64,000 bases of DNA from a virus. The notes beneath the pieces are model-generated. The model saw only the letters and a list, made by a program, of their open reading frames with translations. It did not search any database and had not been told where the DNA came from. Positions 1 through 9,760 of this stretch are shown in pieces; within the stretch, counting starts at the first letter, position 1; the number at the start of each line of letters is the position of its first letter. The translations under genes and the position numbers were made by a program. The DNA lies in the IMG/VR virus record IMGVR_UViG_3300031800_000001, positions 52,087 to 116,086 of that record. One strand, given 5' to 3'.

Positions 1-1
1 C

Positions 2-184
2 GCAAGTGGGTTTATTGACGTTTATATTAGGCCAACCGATACCTCCGGCGTGCCCGTGGTACAGGGGGTGTATGATGTAGAAAAATATCTAACCGTTCCT
101 ATTGCGTCAGGAGATTGGGAGGCTGAAAAAGTGGTAAAAGGATATTTTAATGTCGTTCCAGAAGTGACAATATCACTACAGTAG
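2..184 (+). CDS. 3' end of a small virion structural protein (BppU/LtfC-like beta-sandwich adaptor), truncated by the window start
   Basis: Frame 2 is open to TAG at 182-184: ASGFIDVYIRPTDTSGVPVVQGVYDVEK...VVKGYFNVVPEVTISLQ*. The GVYDVE...G...V.PEVT ending is typical of small phage proteins that precede fibre genes. Confidence 0.6.
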   Translation, partial: ASGFIDVYIRPTDTSGVPVVQGVYDVEKYLTVPIASGDWEAEKVVKGYFNVVPEVTISLQ

Positions 185-194
185 GGAACGATAA

Positions 195-3100
195 ATGGCT
201 CAAAAGGAAGTATCTGTACAGATTACGCAATTGAGTGCAAGCGTAGAAGCTGCCTCTTCTGCCGGTGCTTCTGTGTCCCAATCTACATCCAGCGCTACAG
301 TAATCAGCGCCAAATCAGCAGGAGCACAGACTATCATGGCTGGGCCTCAGGGGCCAGCAGGGCCATCTGGTATATCTGGCATGCAAGGAATATCCGGTAT
401 GTCTGGCACAGGTCCAATAGGACCAAGTGGAGCTACTGGAGCCTCTGGCATTTCTGGAACGCAAGGAGAACAAGGTTCTCAGGGTGACCAAGGCGACCAA
501 GGGATTCAGGGTCCAAGCGGAGCTACAGGAGTCTCGGGTATTTCTGGAACGCAGGGCATCCAAGGCCCTTCTGGGGCTACTGGCATTTCGGGTATTTCTG
601 GAATGCAAGGAGGACAGGGTATTCAAGGAACCCAAGGCGACCAAGGCGACCAAGGCGACCAAGGAATTCAGGGGCCAAGCGGGGCCACGGGAATTATAGG
701 AGCCACGGGCAGCCAAGGCCCTATAGGACCGCATATCACAGGAATTAGTGGTAGTGGGACAGGGGTAAGCTTCTTTGTCTCCGGAGGAGGCATCCTCGGG
801 CCAATAAACATACAAGGACCAAGCGGTGCGACAGGCACTAGTGGAATATCAGGGTTAAAAGGAGACTCGGGACCTCAAGGAGATGTCGGAAGTACTGGAC
901 CAACGGGCCCTCAGGGCTCGCAAGGGGATCAAGGCCTTGTTGGCGGAGACACTTTTAACTTTTATTTTAGTACAGATACCATAGACACAGACCCCACAAA
1001 TGGATATTTAAAATTTGGGAATTCCACCTACTCAAGCATAACCGAAATATACGTCGATGATATGGAAAAAGGTGGAGACTCCATAACTGACTGGGTCGAT
1101 GCCTTAGATGACGTTTATCAATCAAGAATAAAAGTTTTCTCGGCTAGTGACGCAGAAAAGTGGGCGGTCTTCAAAGTAGTTTCGGACAACACCGCAAAGG
1201 TCGGCTATACCCAAATCAATGTTAATTATATAGCTCATAGCGATTTATTCGTAGTAGACGAAGAGGTAGCAATGACTTTTGCGCCAGCCGCACAAGGCCC
1301 GAAGGGGGATACTGGACCGACGGGGCCGGGAGGCGCTCAAGGCGATCAGGGGGATCAAGGGGTTGCTGGAACTAGCGGCATTGGAATCACTGGTATAAGT
1401 GGGAGCGGAACAGGGGTAAGCTTTTTATTATCTGGTGGCGGAACTCTTGGTCCAATAAATATACAGGGCCCATCTGGTTTATCTGGTTTATCTGGAATAT
1501 CAGGAATGCCGGGAGGTCTGGGAAGCACAGGCCCTCAAGGAGCTCAAGGTGACAAAGGCGACAAAGGCGACCAAGGCGACCAAGGAATTCAGGGAATCCA
1601 AGGACCAAGCGGGGCCACAGGAGCCACAGGAGCCGTGGGGCCGCACATTACAGGCGTAAGTGGCAGTGGGACAGGGGTAAGCTTTTTAGTCTCAGGAGGA
1701 GGCGTCATTGGACCAATAAATATACAAGGGCCCTCTGGGCTTACAGGAATCTCCGGAATGCCGGGAGGACTAGGAAGCGCGGGTCCCCAAGGCGATCAAG
1801 GAATCCAAGGGTCGCAAGGCATACAAGGAACCCAAGGAGACCAAGGTCTTGTTGGCGGAGATAGCTTCGATTTTTATTGGACTACTGATACGGTAGTTTC
1901 TGACCCCGGAAATGGATACATAAAGTTTGATAATTCAACTTATGCAAATGTACAAAAAGTTTTAGTTGATGACCTAGAAAAAGGAGGGGATTCAATAATC
2001 GATTGGGTTAATTCTTTGGATCACGTAACCGGCTCTAGAATAAAAATATTCGACTCGGCCACTGCCGAAAAATGGGCCGTATTTAGGATAGGAAAAGATA
2101 ATACTGCTGGAGCAGGATATACCCAGCTTAATGTCAATTATATAGCTCATAGTGACTCTTTCACGTTAAACGAGGCAGTCACATTAACCTATGCACCAGC
2201 GGCCAGTGGAGCACCGGGGGATGCCGGACCAGCAGGGCCTTCGGGAGCTACGGGAGCTACAGGCGTGGCGGGAGAGGGAACAGGGGACTTCGGTGGATAT
2301 AGCTTTAGTTTTTATTATAATAGCGGGTATTCAGAAGCTCTTTGGTCCGAGGGGCCGGGAACCAGCGGGCTTAAGTTGGTGACTCCGAATAATGATATAC
2401 GTGACACGTCGGGCATAGATATATCTTATACTAATTATCGCGGGGGAGATGCTACTTACTGGCTTGAAGATTTTGGAAATTATGGTGATGTAGCAAATAG
2501 AGGCATATTAAAATTATTCCATCGAGATAAAGTCAATGTAGAGTGGGCTGCATTTTTGATTACTGGCCAGCCTGCAAGCCGTGATTCTTGGTCAAACGTA
2601 GGAGTTACATGGAAGTCCTCGTCGTCGAGCAGTCCGCCATTGTTTACTCACTCTGGGGAAACCGTAGTCTCTTTCGTTCCAGCTGGCCCAACCGGACAAG
2701 CAGGAGCAGCAGGAGCAGCAGGAGTAGGCGGCGGTGGCGGTGGTGGTGCTCCAGCCACTGGACATACTGGAGCATTTCAGTTCCATGGAGGCTCTATGAA
2801 TGACGTTGGCGTGGGTTCGCTTTCGGGGTCGAATGTACTTTTTGAAGGGCACGACTTCAACCAATCGACTACCGGATTTGAATACGCAAACGCAATAGGG
2901 ATTGGTCAGGAATTTCAAGAGCTAGCCCTCGGAAACATAGCTCAGTACCCGAACCCAGTCACGCCGGAGTACATCTTAGATTGCGGCATGTCGGGAACGT
3001 TGGACGTAAGGGGCGAGGTGTGGGTCAGTGGAAACCTTGTGCCTCATGTAAGCGGAGGCTTTAATTTGGGCTATAATGAGCCCGCCGGTCTCGGGGCAGA

Positions 3101-4241
3101 AACAAGAGGTAAATGGTGGGGGGAGATCTTTGCAGATAGTGGGACTTTTCATGGGGCCGCAGTTAACTCGCTTGACGTTATAAATCACGGGGCAAGAGTA
3201 AGCATCGGGGCAAGCCCCGACTACATGTATGGATCGGCAGGCGGATCATTATATTGTCCTACCGGCTATTTTGACAAGATAGGATCATGGCTAGATGCAC
3301 AGGGACAACCCCCACTGAATACAACTATGCATGGAGTTTTCCTTCACCAAAATTGTCTGCATTTCTCGCCAGAGCTTGACGGAGGGGCAGATCTTGGAAC
3401 CCCAGATTTATATTGGAGCAGTTTGTATTTAAACAACAACAGTCTCGTAATGTCAGGCGTAGGAATGACCGGCGCTGTGCATATCGGGTTCGATAATGAT
3501 CACAACCTTAGAATAAGCGCACCAAAGACTGGGAACGAAGTAACGATAAGCGGAACACCCTTAACGGGTTATTCTCCTAATACCGTGGCCGACATAAGGT
3601 TCTCCGGCACTGGACTGTCGGAGGCCACAACGCTAAGGGCCAATAGCGTTGGAGAGCTAACTATATCAACCCAAGGAGACGCAGGTGGGCAGACAACTAT
3701 TTCTAATGCTAAAATAACTTCGCCAATTTTTTCTGGAAACTCTGGGGTTTTTCGATCAGGAATAAACCTAACAAACACTGATCTTGGCATAACATATTTT
3801 GACGTACATGATGATGGTAATGCAGTAGGAGACATGACATTCTGTGGTCAAGTTAATCAATGCGTAGAAGACTTGGGGGAATTTGGCGAGACCGGATGGG
3901 TACCGGACCCATATGGTATAGGCATGGGTGGTACTGGATTCAGCATAAATATGGCTGGCAGCAACATGAAGAAATTCAACTTATGCTCGCATGCTCGCGG
4001 GCTTAATTTGACGAACATAAAGGCTGGGCGTTCAGTGACAATCCAGATCTTCGCAACAGACGGCTGTTTGACAGCAGACGATAATTATTACAGATTTTTA
4101 AGCGGTAACAACCTCAATTTTGTGGGAATTGAGCCGCATACCCTAAAGATAGGAAAAATGGGGCTACTGACAATAACCGCATACGGCACCGGCGCTAGCT
4201 CTTGCGTTTGTCACTGGGCTGAATCGGATTACACGGTTTAA
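195..4241 (+). CDS. collagen-like tail/capsid fibre protein (1348 aa)
   Basis: Long Gly-X-Y runs (GPSGATGISGISG, GDQGDQGIQ) are interrupted by about three copies of a globular domain (GGDTFNFYF.../GGDSFDFYW.../GGYSFSFYY...). It has a poly-Gly hinge and a C-terminal domain shared with 5345..6259. Confidence 0.85.
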   Translation: MAQKEVSVQITQLSASVEAASSAGASVSQSTSSATVISAKSAGAQTIMAGPQGPAGPSGISGMQGISGMSGTGPIGPSGATGASGISGTQGEQGSQGDQGDQGIQGPSGATGVSGISGTQGIQGPSGATGISGISGMQGGQGIQGTQGDQGDQGDQGIQGPSGATGIIGATGSQGPIGPHITGISGSGTGVSFFVSGGGILGPINIQGPSGATGTSGISGLKGDSGPQGDVGSTGPTGPQGSQGDQGLVGGDTFNFYFSTDTIDTDPTNGYLKFGNSTYSSITEIYVDDMEKGGDSITDWVDALDDVYQSRIKVFSASDAEKWAVFKVVSDNTAKVGYTQINVNYIAHSDLFVVDEEVAMTFAPAAQGPKGDTGPTGPGGAQGDQGDQGVAGTSGIGITGISGSGTGVSFLLSGGGTLGPINIQGPSGLSGLSGISGMPGGLGSTGPQGAQGDKGDKGDQGDQGIQGIQGPSGATGATGAVGPHITGVSGSGTGVSFLVSGGGVIGPINIQGPSGLTGISGMPGGLGSAGPQGDQGIQGSQGIQGTQGDQGLVGGDSFDFYWTTDTVVSDPGNGYIKFDNSTYANVQKVLVDDLEKGGDSIIDWVNSLDHVTGSRIKIFDSATAEKWAVFRIGKDNTAGAGYTQLNVNYIAHSDSFTLNEAVTLTYAPAASGAPGDAGPAGPSGATGATGVAGEGTGDFGGYSFSFYYNSGYSEALWSEGPGTSGLKLVTPNNDIRDTSGIDISYTNYRGGDATYWLEDFGNYGDVANRGILKLFHRDKVNVEWAAFLITGQPASRDSWSNVGVTWKSSSSSSPPLFTHSGETVVSFVPAGPTGQAGAAGAAGVGGGGGGGAPATGHTGAFQFHGGSMNDVGVGSLSGSNVLFEGHDFNQSTTGFEYANAIGIGQEFQELALGNIAQYPNPVTPEYILDCGMSGTLDVRGEVWVSGNLVPHVSGGFNLGYNEPAGLGAETRGKWWGEIFADSGTFHGAAVNSLDVINHGARVSIGASPDYMYGSAGGSLYCPTGYFDKIGSWLDAQGQPPLNTTMHGVFLHQNCLHFSPELDGGADLGTPDLYWSSLYLNNNSLVMSGVGMTGAVHIGFDNDHNLRISAPKTGNEVTISGTPLTGYSPNTVADIRFSGTGLSEATTLRANSVGELTISTQGDAGGQTTISNAKITSPIFSGNSGVFRSGINLTNTDLGITYFDVHDDGNAVGDMTFCGQVNQCVEDLGEFGETGWVPDPYGIGMGGTGFSINMAGSNMKKFNLCSHARGLNLTNIKAGRSVTIQIFATDGCLTADDNYYRFLSGNNLNFVGIEPHTLKIGKMGLLTITAYGTGASSCVCHWAESDYTV
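342..2280 (+). repeat. collagen Gly-X-Y coding repeats with an internal module duplication
   Basis: 9-nt units such as CAAGGCGAC recur. The segment (H/G)ITG(I/V)SGSGTGVSFxxSGGGxxGPINIQGPSG occurs three times (about 730, 1385, 1645). Confidence 0.85.
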
Positions 4242-4243
4242 CG

Positions 4244-5296
4244 ATGTTCATTACACAGCCACGGAATTGCGCTCTTATTGGAAGCATACCATCAGGAATA
4301 TTTGAAGGTGACGGTTCAATTCTTCCGAAGACAACTGGGCACTCGACTTCCGATAACGGCGGAACAAAGCTGGTTGGGTACTTTAACCCAAATGATACAG
4401 GTAACGTGTCGGGCTCGACATACAACAACCTAGTTAGTGGTGAAATGGACTTGGCCATCTACAACGGAATGTCTTATACCACGGGATTTGTCGATGGAGC
4501 GGGTTTCTGGAGCGAAACAAGCGGCACGTTGTTTGACGGCAAAATCGTGGACGCGTCGGATTTTAGACTTACTCGTTATTTTGAGAGCGATGGAGCGGAT
4601 GATTTTTTAGGACCTATGTTGTCGTTTTCCGAAGGCTACATCCCCGACGTCCAAGAAACGGGTCTTTATTTAAATGCCGGTGACGGACCCTCGCCTCACG
4701 GTGGATATCAAAATCACGGTTGGGCGATGTGTATGTGGGTAAATTTTCCTCAGCAAGCTTGGGGAACGAGTGGTAATGTTTTGTTTAGCTGTGGACGCGA
4801 TGTTATGGATGATAGATCAACCCTAGCATATACTCTAGAGACGGGGTTTGCATATCAATTTGGTTTGGGGGCAACATATGCCGACACGCAAACACATATT
4901 AAACCAATAGAAGCCGATAGATGGTATTTTGTTGCGTATCAAAACAACGGCACTCGCAGCTTTCTTTACAATGATGATGGAACCGAGATCTCCGTTGATG
5001 GCAAGATCCTTCCTCTCCGACACGAATATGGTGAGTTTTTAAAGCAGGGGAGGTATGCTATGCCAATATACATAGGGGGGTACTACGAGCAGTACGAAAT
5101 AGACCCACCACTAGCCGAAAGGGCATATGATGTATCTAAATCAGGAACAAAATTCGGAATGATGCTCCTATACAGCGGCGAAATAGGAATCAATAGAATT
5201 ATACAAAATTATATAGCTACAAGAGATATGTATAACAGAAATAGCGGAGAAAAAGATCCATATTTTGTAGAAAGCCAAGATACATTTACATATTAA
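4244..5296 (+). CDS. LamG/concanavalin A-like lectin domain virion protein
   Basis: WAMCMWVNF, 'IEADRWYFVAY' and a terminal 'LLYSGEI...IIQNY' follow the LamG_3 pattern. It is a paralogue of 6262..7239. Confidence 0.7.
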   Translation: MFITQPRNCALIGSIPSGIFEGDGSILPKTTGHSTSDNGGTKLVGYFNPNDTGNVSGSTYNNLVSGEMDLAIYNGMSYTTGFVDGAGFWSETSGTLFDGKIVDASDFRLTRYFESDGADDFLGPMLSFSEGYIPDVQETGLYLNAGDGPSPHGGYQNHGWAMCMWVNFPQQAWGTSGNVLFSCGRDVMDDRSTLAYTLETGFAYQFGLGATYADTQTHIKPIEADRWYFVAYQNNGTRSFLYNDDGTEISVDGKILPLRHEYGEFLKQGRYAMPIYIGGYYEQYEIDPPLAERAYDVSKSGTKFGMMLLYSGEIGINRIIQNYIATRDMYNRNSGEKDPYFVESQDTFTY

Positions 5297-5344
5297 AAAT
5301 AATTAGCAAGAACACGATCTGAACCCTAAAATAGAAAGAAGAAG

Positions 5345-6259
5345 ATGGATCTAGGAAAGAAAAATAAACAAATATTTGTAAAACAAATAAGCACATCAGG
5401 ATGGGAGCAAGGCGGAGCCCATACTGACTATGAGAATGTTTTCAAAATAGGAAATCCGGGTGACGGAATATTTATTTCTTCAGAAGGAGATAGATTTACA
5501 ATAACCAGCATTACTGGCTCAAACATCACCGGCAGTTTCGCAAGCTCGGGGATTTATGTGGGAAACACAGAGAACACTCTTCTTTTCAAATCTGTAATAG
5601 GAGGCAGTGGAATACAAATCACCGGTTATACGGGGGATTTGGTTATAGACTTTACGGGTAAACCTAGCCCAGAAGGACAAAACATAGGTACTGATTCGTC
5701 GGCTACTGGTTTAAGTGGGGTATTTAGGGGGATAGACCAAGCGGCGGATGGAACTAGTATTTTCCAATTCAGAAGCTTAACTGGTGCCGGAAATATTATT
5801 ATCACAGGCGACACGGGTAGATTAATTATAAGCGGAAATAATAGCGCCGGCGCTGGAGGTGGCGGAGGTGGCGGGGGTGGCTATACGGGTCATCATATTT
5901 ATAGTGGAGGAACAAATCCGGAAGATAGCGGAATTGGGATGATTGAGCAGAGCGGATTTACGGGAAGTTTTGCGCAGTCATTTTCGCAAATGATGGTAAC
6001 CGGAGATATAACTGGATTTAGTATGTCCGGAATGACAACTGGTGCGGCAGCCACAATAATGATAACCTGCCCAACCGGAAATAACGTAAGCTTCATGAAC
6101 GAATTCACATTCATAGGAGAAGAACCCGTGGCTTTTCACTCTGGAAAAACAGGCCTACTTGTTTTTACTTGCTTTGGCACTGGAGGCCCCGGGATTTCCC
6201 CACATGAGCACAATACGCTTCCAAGCGGAGTGTTAGCGGCATACGGAGTACAGGATTAA
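5345..6259 (+). CDS. short Gly/Ser/Thr-rich fibre-like protein
   Basis: Two '(L/F)xF(K/R)S(V/L)xGxGxIxITG' fibre repeats and a poly-Gly hinge. The C-terminal GKTGLLVFTCFGTG is homologous to GKMGLLTITAYGTG in 195..4241. Confidence 0.65.
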   Translation: MDLGKKNKQIFVKQISTSGWEQGGAHTDYENVFKIGNPGDGIFISSEGDRFTITSITGSNITGSFASSGIYVGNTENTLLFKSVIGGSGIQITGYTGDLVIDFTGKPSPEGQNIGTDSSATGLSGVFRGIDQAADGTSIFQFRSLTGAGNIIITGDTGRLIISGNNSAGAGGGGGGGGGYTGHHIYSGGTNPEDSGIGMIEQSGFTGSFAQSFSQMMVTGDITGFSMSGMTTGAAATIMITCPTGNNVSFMNEFTFIGEEPVAFHSGKTGLLVFTCFGTGGPGISPHEHNTLPSGVLAAYGVQD

Positions 6260-6261
6260 GG

Positions 6262-7239
6262 ATGCATATAACAGACTGGAAAAGCACTGCTTGGCTACGA
6301 GCATTGGGACAGAAGTCTAGTTCAATCGTCGATGACGTTGAATTCAGGCCCGGAAAAGTTATATCCAAAAATCTTATTGGTCACTTTGATCCGAATAATA
6401 TTTCTTGTTATAACGGCGCTGTGGGAGGGGATACATACAGCAATTTGGTGGCCGGTCAGGAAGATTTATGTCTTTGGAATATGGATACGGTGCCGACGTT
6501 TGGCGAAACGCCTGATTTTGAATCACCGACAAGCACCTCGGTGGGCTATTTTATGGGAGATGGATTAGACAACTATATGCGCGAATGCGGGGGATATGCC
6601 GGAGGGTTCGCCCTTAATGTATCAAACGATTTTACCCTGAATGTCTGGGTTCAAGTGAATGCGGTTGCGCTTGGAAAACTAGGAGGCTCATCGTGTCCAA
6701 GATATGGAGGCTACATTGGGGTCGGTGCTATAAACGACAAGTCTAACGGTGGGTGTGCGGTTGGAGTTGTAGGAGACGATAGTGGGAACTACGGCAGGAT
6801 TGCCCTGTTCGCGCCGTCGGCGGATAGCCCGGCGGCGTATAGTGATCGCCGCTCAATCGGGTCGAAGATTGAGTCAAATAAATGGTATATGTTTTCACTA
6901 GTAAAAGAAGTTCTTAGTCCAAATTTTGATAGAATTACTTTGTATTTAAATGGGGTTTACCAAAGGTTAATTACGGGGGCGAATTGCACGCAAACTGGCA
7001 CAGGACAACACAAAGGAGAACTGATTCCGGCTGGCTATATTGGTGGGGCCCAACAGGTAGTTGTTATGGCTTTATGGCAAGAATATTACGGCATGGGTTC
7101 GCCTTCCCCCGCGTCGAGTGCTAATTTTGGCCACATTTTGGTATACAACAGGGCATTAAAACACTCAGAATTAAGACAAAACTATTTAGCGCTAAATCAA
7201 CTCTATTATCCATTTAGAGAAGGAGCAATAATACAATGA
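6262..7239 (+). CDS. LamG/concanavalin A-like lectin domain virion protein
   Basis: FTLNVWVQ, 'SNKWYMFSLV', 'TLYLNG' and 'ILVYNRALKHSELRQNY' are clear LamG_3 motifs. Confidence 0.8.
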   Translation: MHITDWKSTAWLRALGQKSSSIVDDVEFRPGKVISKNLIGHFDPNNISCYNGAVGGDTYSNLVAGQEDLCLWNMDTVPTFGETPDFESPTSTSVGYFMGDGLDNYMRECGGYAGGFALNVSNDFTLNVWVQVNAVALGKLGGSSCPRYGGYIGVGAINDKSNGGCAVGVVGDDSGNYGRIALFAPSADSPAAYSDRRSIGSKIESNKWYMFSLVKEVLSPNFDRITLYLNGVYQRLITGANCTQTGTGQHKGELIPAGYIGGAQQVVVMALWQEYYGMGSPSPASSANFGHILVYNRALKHSELRQNYLALNQLYYPFREGAIIQ

Positions 7240-7481
7240 GAGAAGACCTAAAATTTGTTATATTAAACGAGAACGAAGTGGGCTATGTTGACTTCACAGA
7301 AGTCCTTCAAACTAGCCCAGCGTCAATGAGATATTCTTTAGATAGAAGCAAAACATTTGTAAAATATAAAGGGGAGCAGCCCGAGTTTATATTTGAAATT
7401 ACAAACGATCTAGTGGGAAGAAAAGAATACTCACACCAAGAGTTTTTGGAAATACTTAGCACAGAAGAATGGAACCGATAA
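7236..7481 (+). CDS. small hypothetical phage protein (81 aa)
   Basis: ATGA overlap with the upstream gene. The VDFTEVLQTS..SMRYSLD.SKTFVKY.GEQP...YSH.E.LEIL...EW pattern resembles small proteins I recall beside LamG genes in aquatic phages (not verified). Confidence 0.7.
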   Translation: MREDLKFVILNENEVGYVDFTEVLQTSPASMRYSLDRSKTFVKYKGEQPEFIFEITNDLVGRKEYSHQEFLEILSTEEWNR

Positions 7482-9760
7482 AAGAACCACCCGAAGAGTA
7501 TACGCTGGCTCTGGGAGACGTGATAGTTGGCTTACGCAAACTAGACGACAGAACATTTGCGCCCAAAAATTCCAAAATTTTCAACTCCGTTTTAATCAAA
7601 AATGAAAAATCATACCTAACGGATAGGTTCAGAGTTTGCCTATCTACAGCAAACCAAGAAGAGGATATTCTAAATATACTGAATGATATAGAAGAAAAAA
7701 TGGAAGGTAAAAAATGGATTTTCTTCGTTGCCGATTATTCGAAGGGCGATGAGGCTTTCGAAAAAATAAAGCAACACACCACCTCTGCGGGTTCATTTTT
7801 CCCGATAAAGCTTAAACACTGTAAGGACGAGTTGTCCGCCGAAAAGGCTATAGGTAAAATATCTGACATCTACGAAGAAGAGTATCCATATAAGTTAGAT
7901 TTTAGAAAAGAAAACCCCTCAAAAATTGACCACAAAATACAAAGCTTTTGCTTCGTGGCCACAAAAGAAGTAAAAGAAGAAGCAGCAATTCTGATTAAAA
8001 GCCTCAGGGGATTTCATTCTGAGCCAATATATGTTGTTTGCGACAAGGAAACTGAATATTTCTTATCATGCATAGACTTGGACTTGAATGATATTTTCTT
8101 CAGGCTCGAAATGGAACAGAAGATTTTAGACGCTATAGACAAAAAATATAATTTTGAAAGAAAAAATAATTATCACCGGCCAGAATGCATCATAAAAAAA
8201 ATGGACTGCATGAGTTACGCCTTGGAAAACCACGACAACGTGTTCTTTTTGGATAGCGACATGATTGTGTTAGATTCTCTTCAGGAGAAGTTCGACAAAG
8301 ACATTTTCCTGTCTCCTCACTATCACAAGACGGGCACACCCGACTCGAACAACTCTGTTGATTATGGGTTCTTTAATGCAGGGTACGTGTTTTGTGCGAA
8401 TTCAGATTTGCCAAATTTCTGGAAGGACGCTTATATAAATGATTCTGATTTTTTTGAACAAGAATGCATGAACCAAATATGTGAGAAATTTGATGTCGGA
8501 TTTTTTAGTAACCGTCACAACGTAGGGTTTTGGAGAAAAAACTTTAATGCAAAAATTGAACCAAAAAGTATACATGTCCACGCGGTAGATAACGAAAATT
8601 TACAAAGGAACGCTGGGCTCAAATCAGAAAACAATAAATTAAAATTAAAAACAATTAAACTGCTGCAGTCTAGCGAAAACGAAAACCATCACGAGATATT
8701 AGAATTTATAAATAAAATAGATAGCGGGTGGGGAGGGAGACAGGAGAGTTTTAGGTTCGCAACATCAAACCCCAATGGAAAAATAAACTTAGGTTTGCAA
8801 ACCGTTTTCGATTCCCATAGGAGCGGCTGGAAATATGCTGTGAGCGCACTGGCTTCTTTACACAACAACAATGGAGTTTTGTTAGACGGATTCTTAGAGA
8901 ATAATTTCGCTTGGCATTTAGAAGAATACAGGAGAGAAAGAAAAGTTATACCCTATAAAATCCCTTGGGTTGGGTTTTTCCATAACCCACAGAACATGCC
9001 GCCTTGGTTTTTCAACAAGTATTCCTTACAGAACATTATTGCGGGAGATGAGTTCCAAGAAAGCCTCGAGCATTGCGTGGGGCTATTCACGTTATCGGAA
9101 TATCATGCAAAATACCTAAGGGAAACAACCGGCAAGACGGTATGCTCGCTTATTCATCCAACAGAAATACCCGAAACTCTTTTCGACTATGATAAATTTT
9201 TAAAAAATAAAAACAAACAAATAGTAAACATTGGCTATTGGTTGAGAAAATTAAATTCCATCTACTCAATCCCCATAGCCTCAGGAAACGAATACGTTAA
9301 ACTCAGGCTGATTCCCTATTCTTCTGCTAGACCGCTGGAAGTAATAGACAAGATGCTGCGGAAAGAAAAAGATATATACGACATAAGAATAGAACAAAAA
9401 TATATAGAAAACACAATAACAAAGAGCTCCCTTTCAAACGAAGACTACGATACACTTCTTTCCGAAAATATAGTCTTTTTAGATCTTTATGATTCTAGCG
9501 CAAATAACGCAGTGATAGAGTGTATGGCTCGCGCAACGCCGCTCCTTGTTAACCCGCTGCCGGCAGTAATAGAATACTTGGGCAAGGATTATCCATTTTA
9601 CTACGACTCCCTTGAGGAAGCCGCGGGAAAGGCCGAGAACTTTGAGCTAGTAAAAGAAACTCACGAATACCTTAAAGATTGCGAAATCAGAAAAAAATTA
9701 TCTCAAGAGCATTTTAAAAAATCGTTTGAAGAAAGCGAAGTGTACGGTCTATTAAAATGA
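7469..9760 (+). CDS. two-domain glycosyltransferase (GT-A plus GT-B-like)
   Basis: GT-A motifs FFLDSDMIV (DxD), FNAGYVF and FFEQECM. The C-terminal part has a GT-B-type donor-binding motif YDSSANNAVIECMARATPLLVN. Confidence 0.75.
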   Translation: MEPIKEPPEEYTLALGDVIVGLRKLDDRTFAPKNSKIFNSVLIKNEKSYLTDRFRVCLSTANQEEDILNILNDIEEKMEGKKWIFFVADYSKGDEAFEKIKQHTTSAGSFFPIKLKHCKDELSAEKAIGKISDIYEEEYPYKLDFRKENPSKIDHKIQSFCFVATKEVKEEAAILIKSLRGFHSEPIYVVCDKETEYFLSCIDLDLNDIFFRLEMEQKILDAIDKKYNFERKNNYHRPECIIKKMDCMSYALENHDNVFFLDSDMIVLDSLQEKFDKDIFLSPHYHKTGTPDSNNSVDYGFFNAGYVFCANSDLPNFWKDAYINDSDFFEQECMNQICEKFDVGFFSNRHNVGFWRKNFNAKIEPKSIHVHAVDNENLQRNAGLKSENNKLKLKTIKLLQSSENENHHEILEFINKIDSGWGGRQESFRFATSNPNGKINLGLQTVFDSHRSGWKYAVSALASLHNNNGVLLDGFLENNFAWHLEEYRRERKVIPYKIPWVGFFHNPQNMPPWFFNKYSLQNIIAGDEFQESLEHCVGLFTLSEYHAKYLRETTGKTVCSLIHPTEIPETLFDYDKFLKNKNKQIVNIGYWLRKLNSIYSIPIASGNEYVKLRLIPYSSARPLEVIDKMLRKEKDIYDIRIEQKYIENTITKSSLSNEDYDTLLSENIVFLDLYDSSANNAVIECMARATPLLVNPLPAVIEYLGKDYPFYYDSLEEAAGKAENFELVKETHEYLKDCEIRKKLSQEHFKKSFEESEVYGLLK

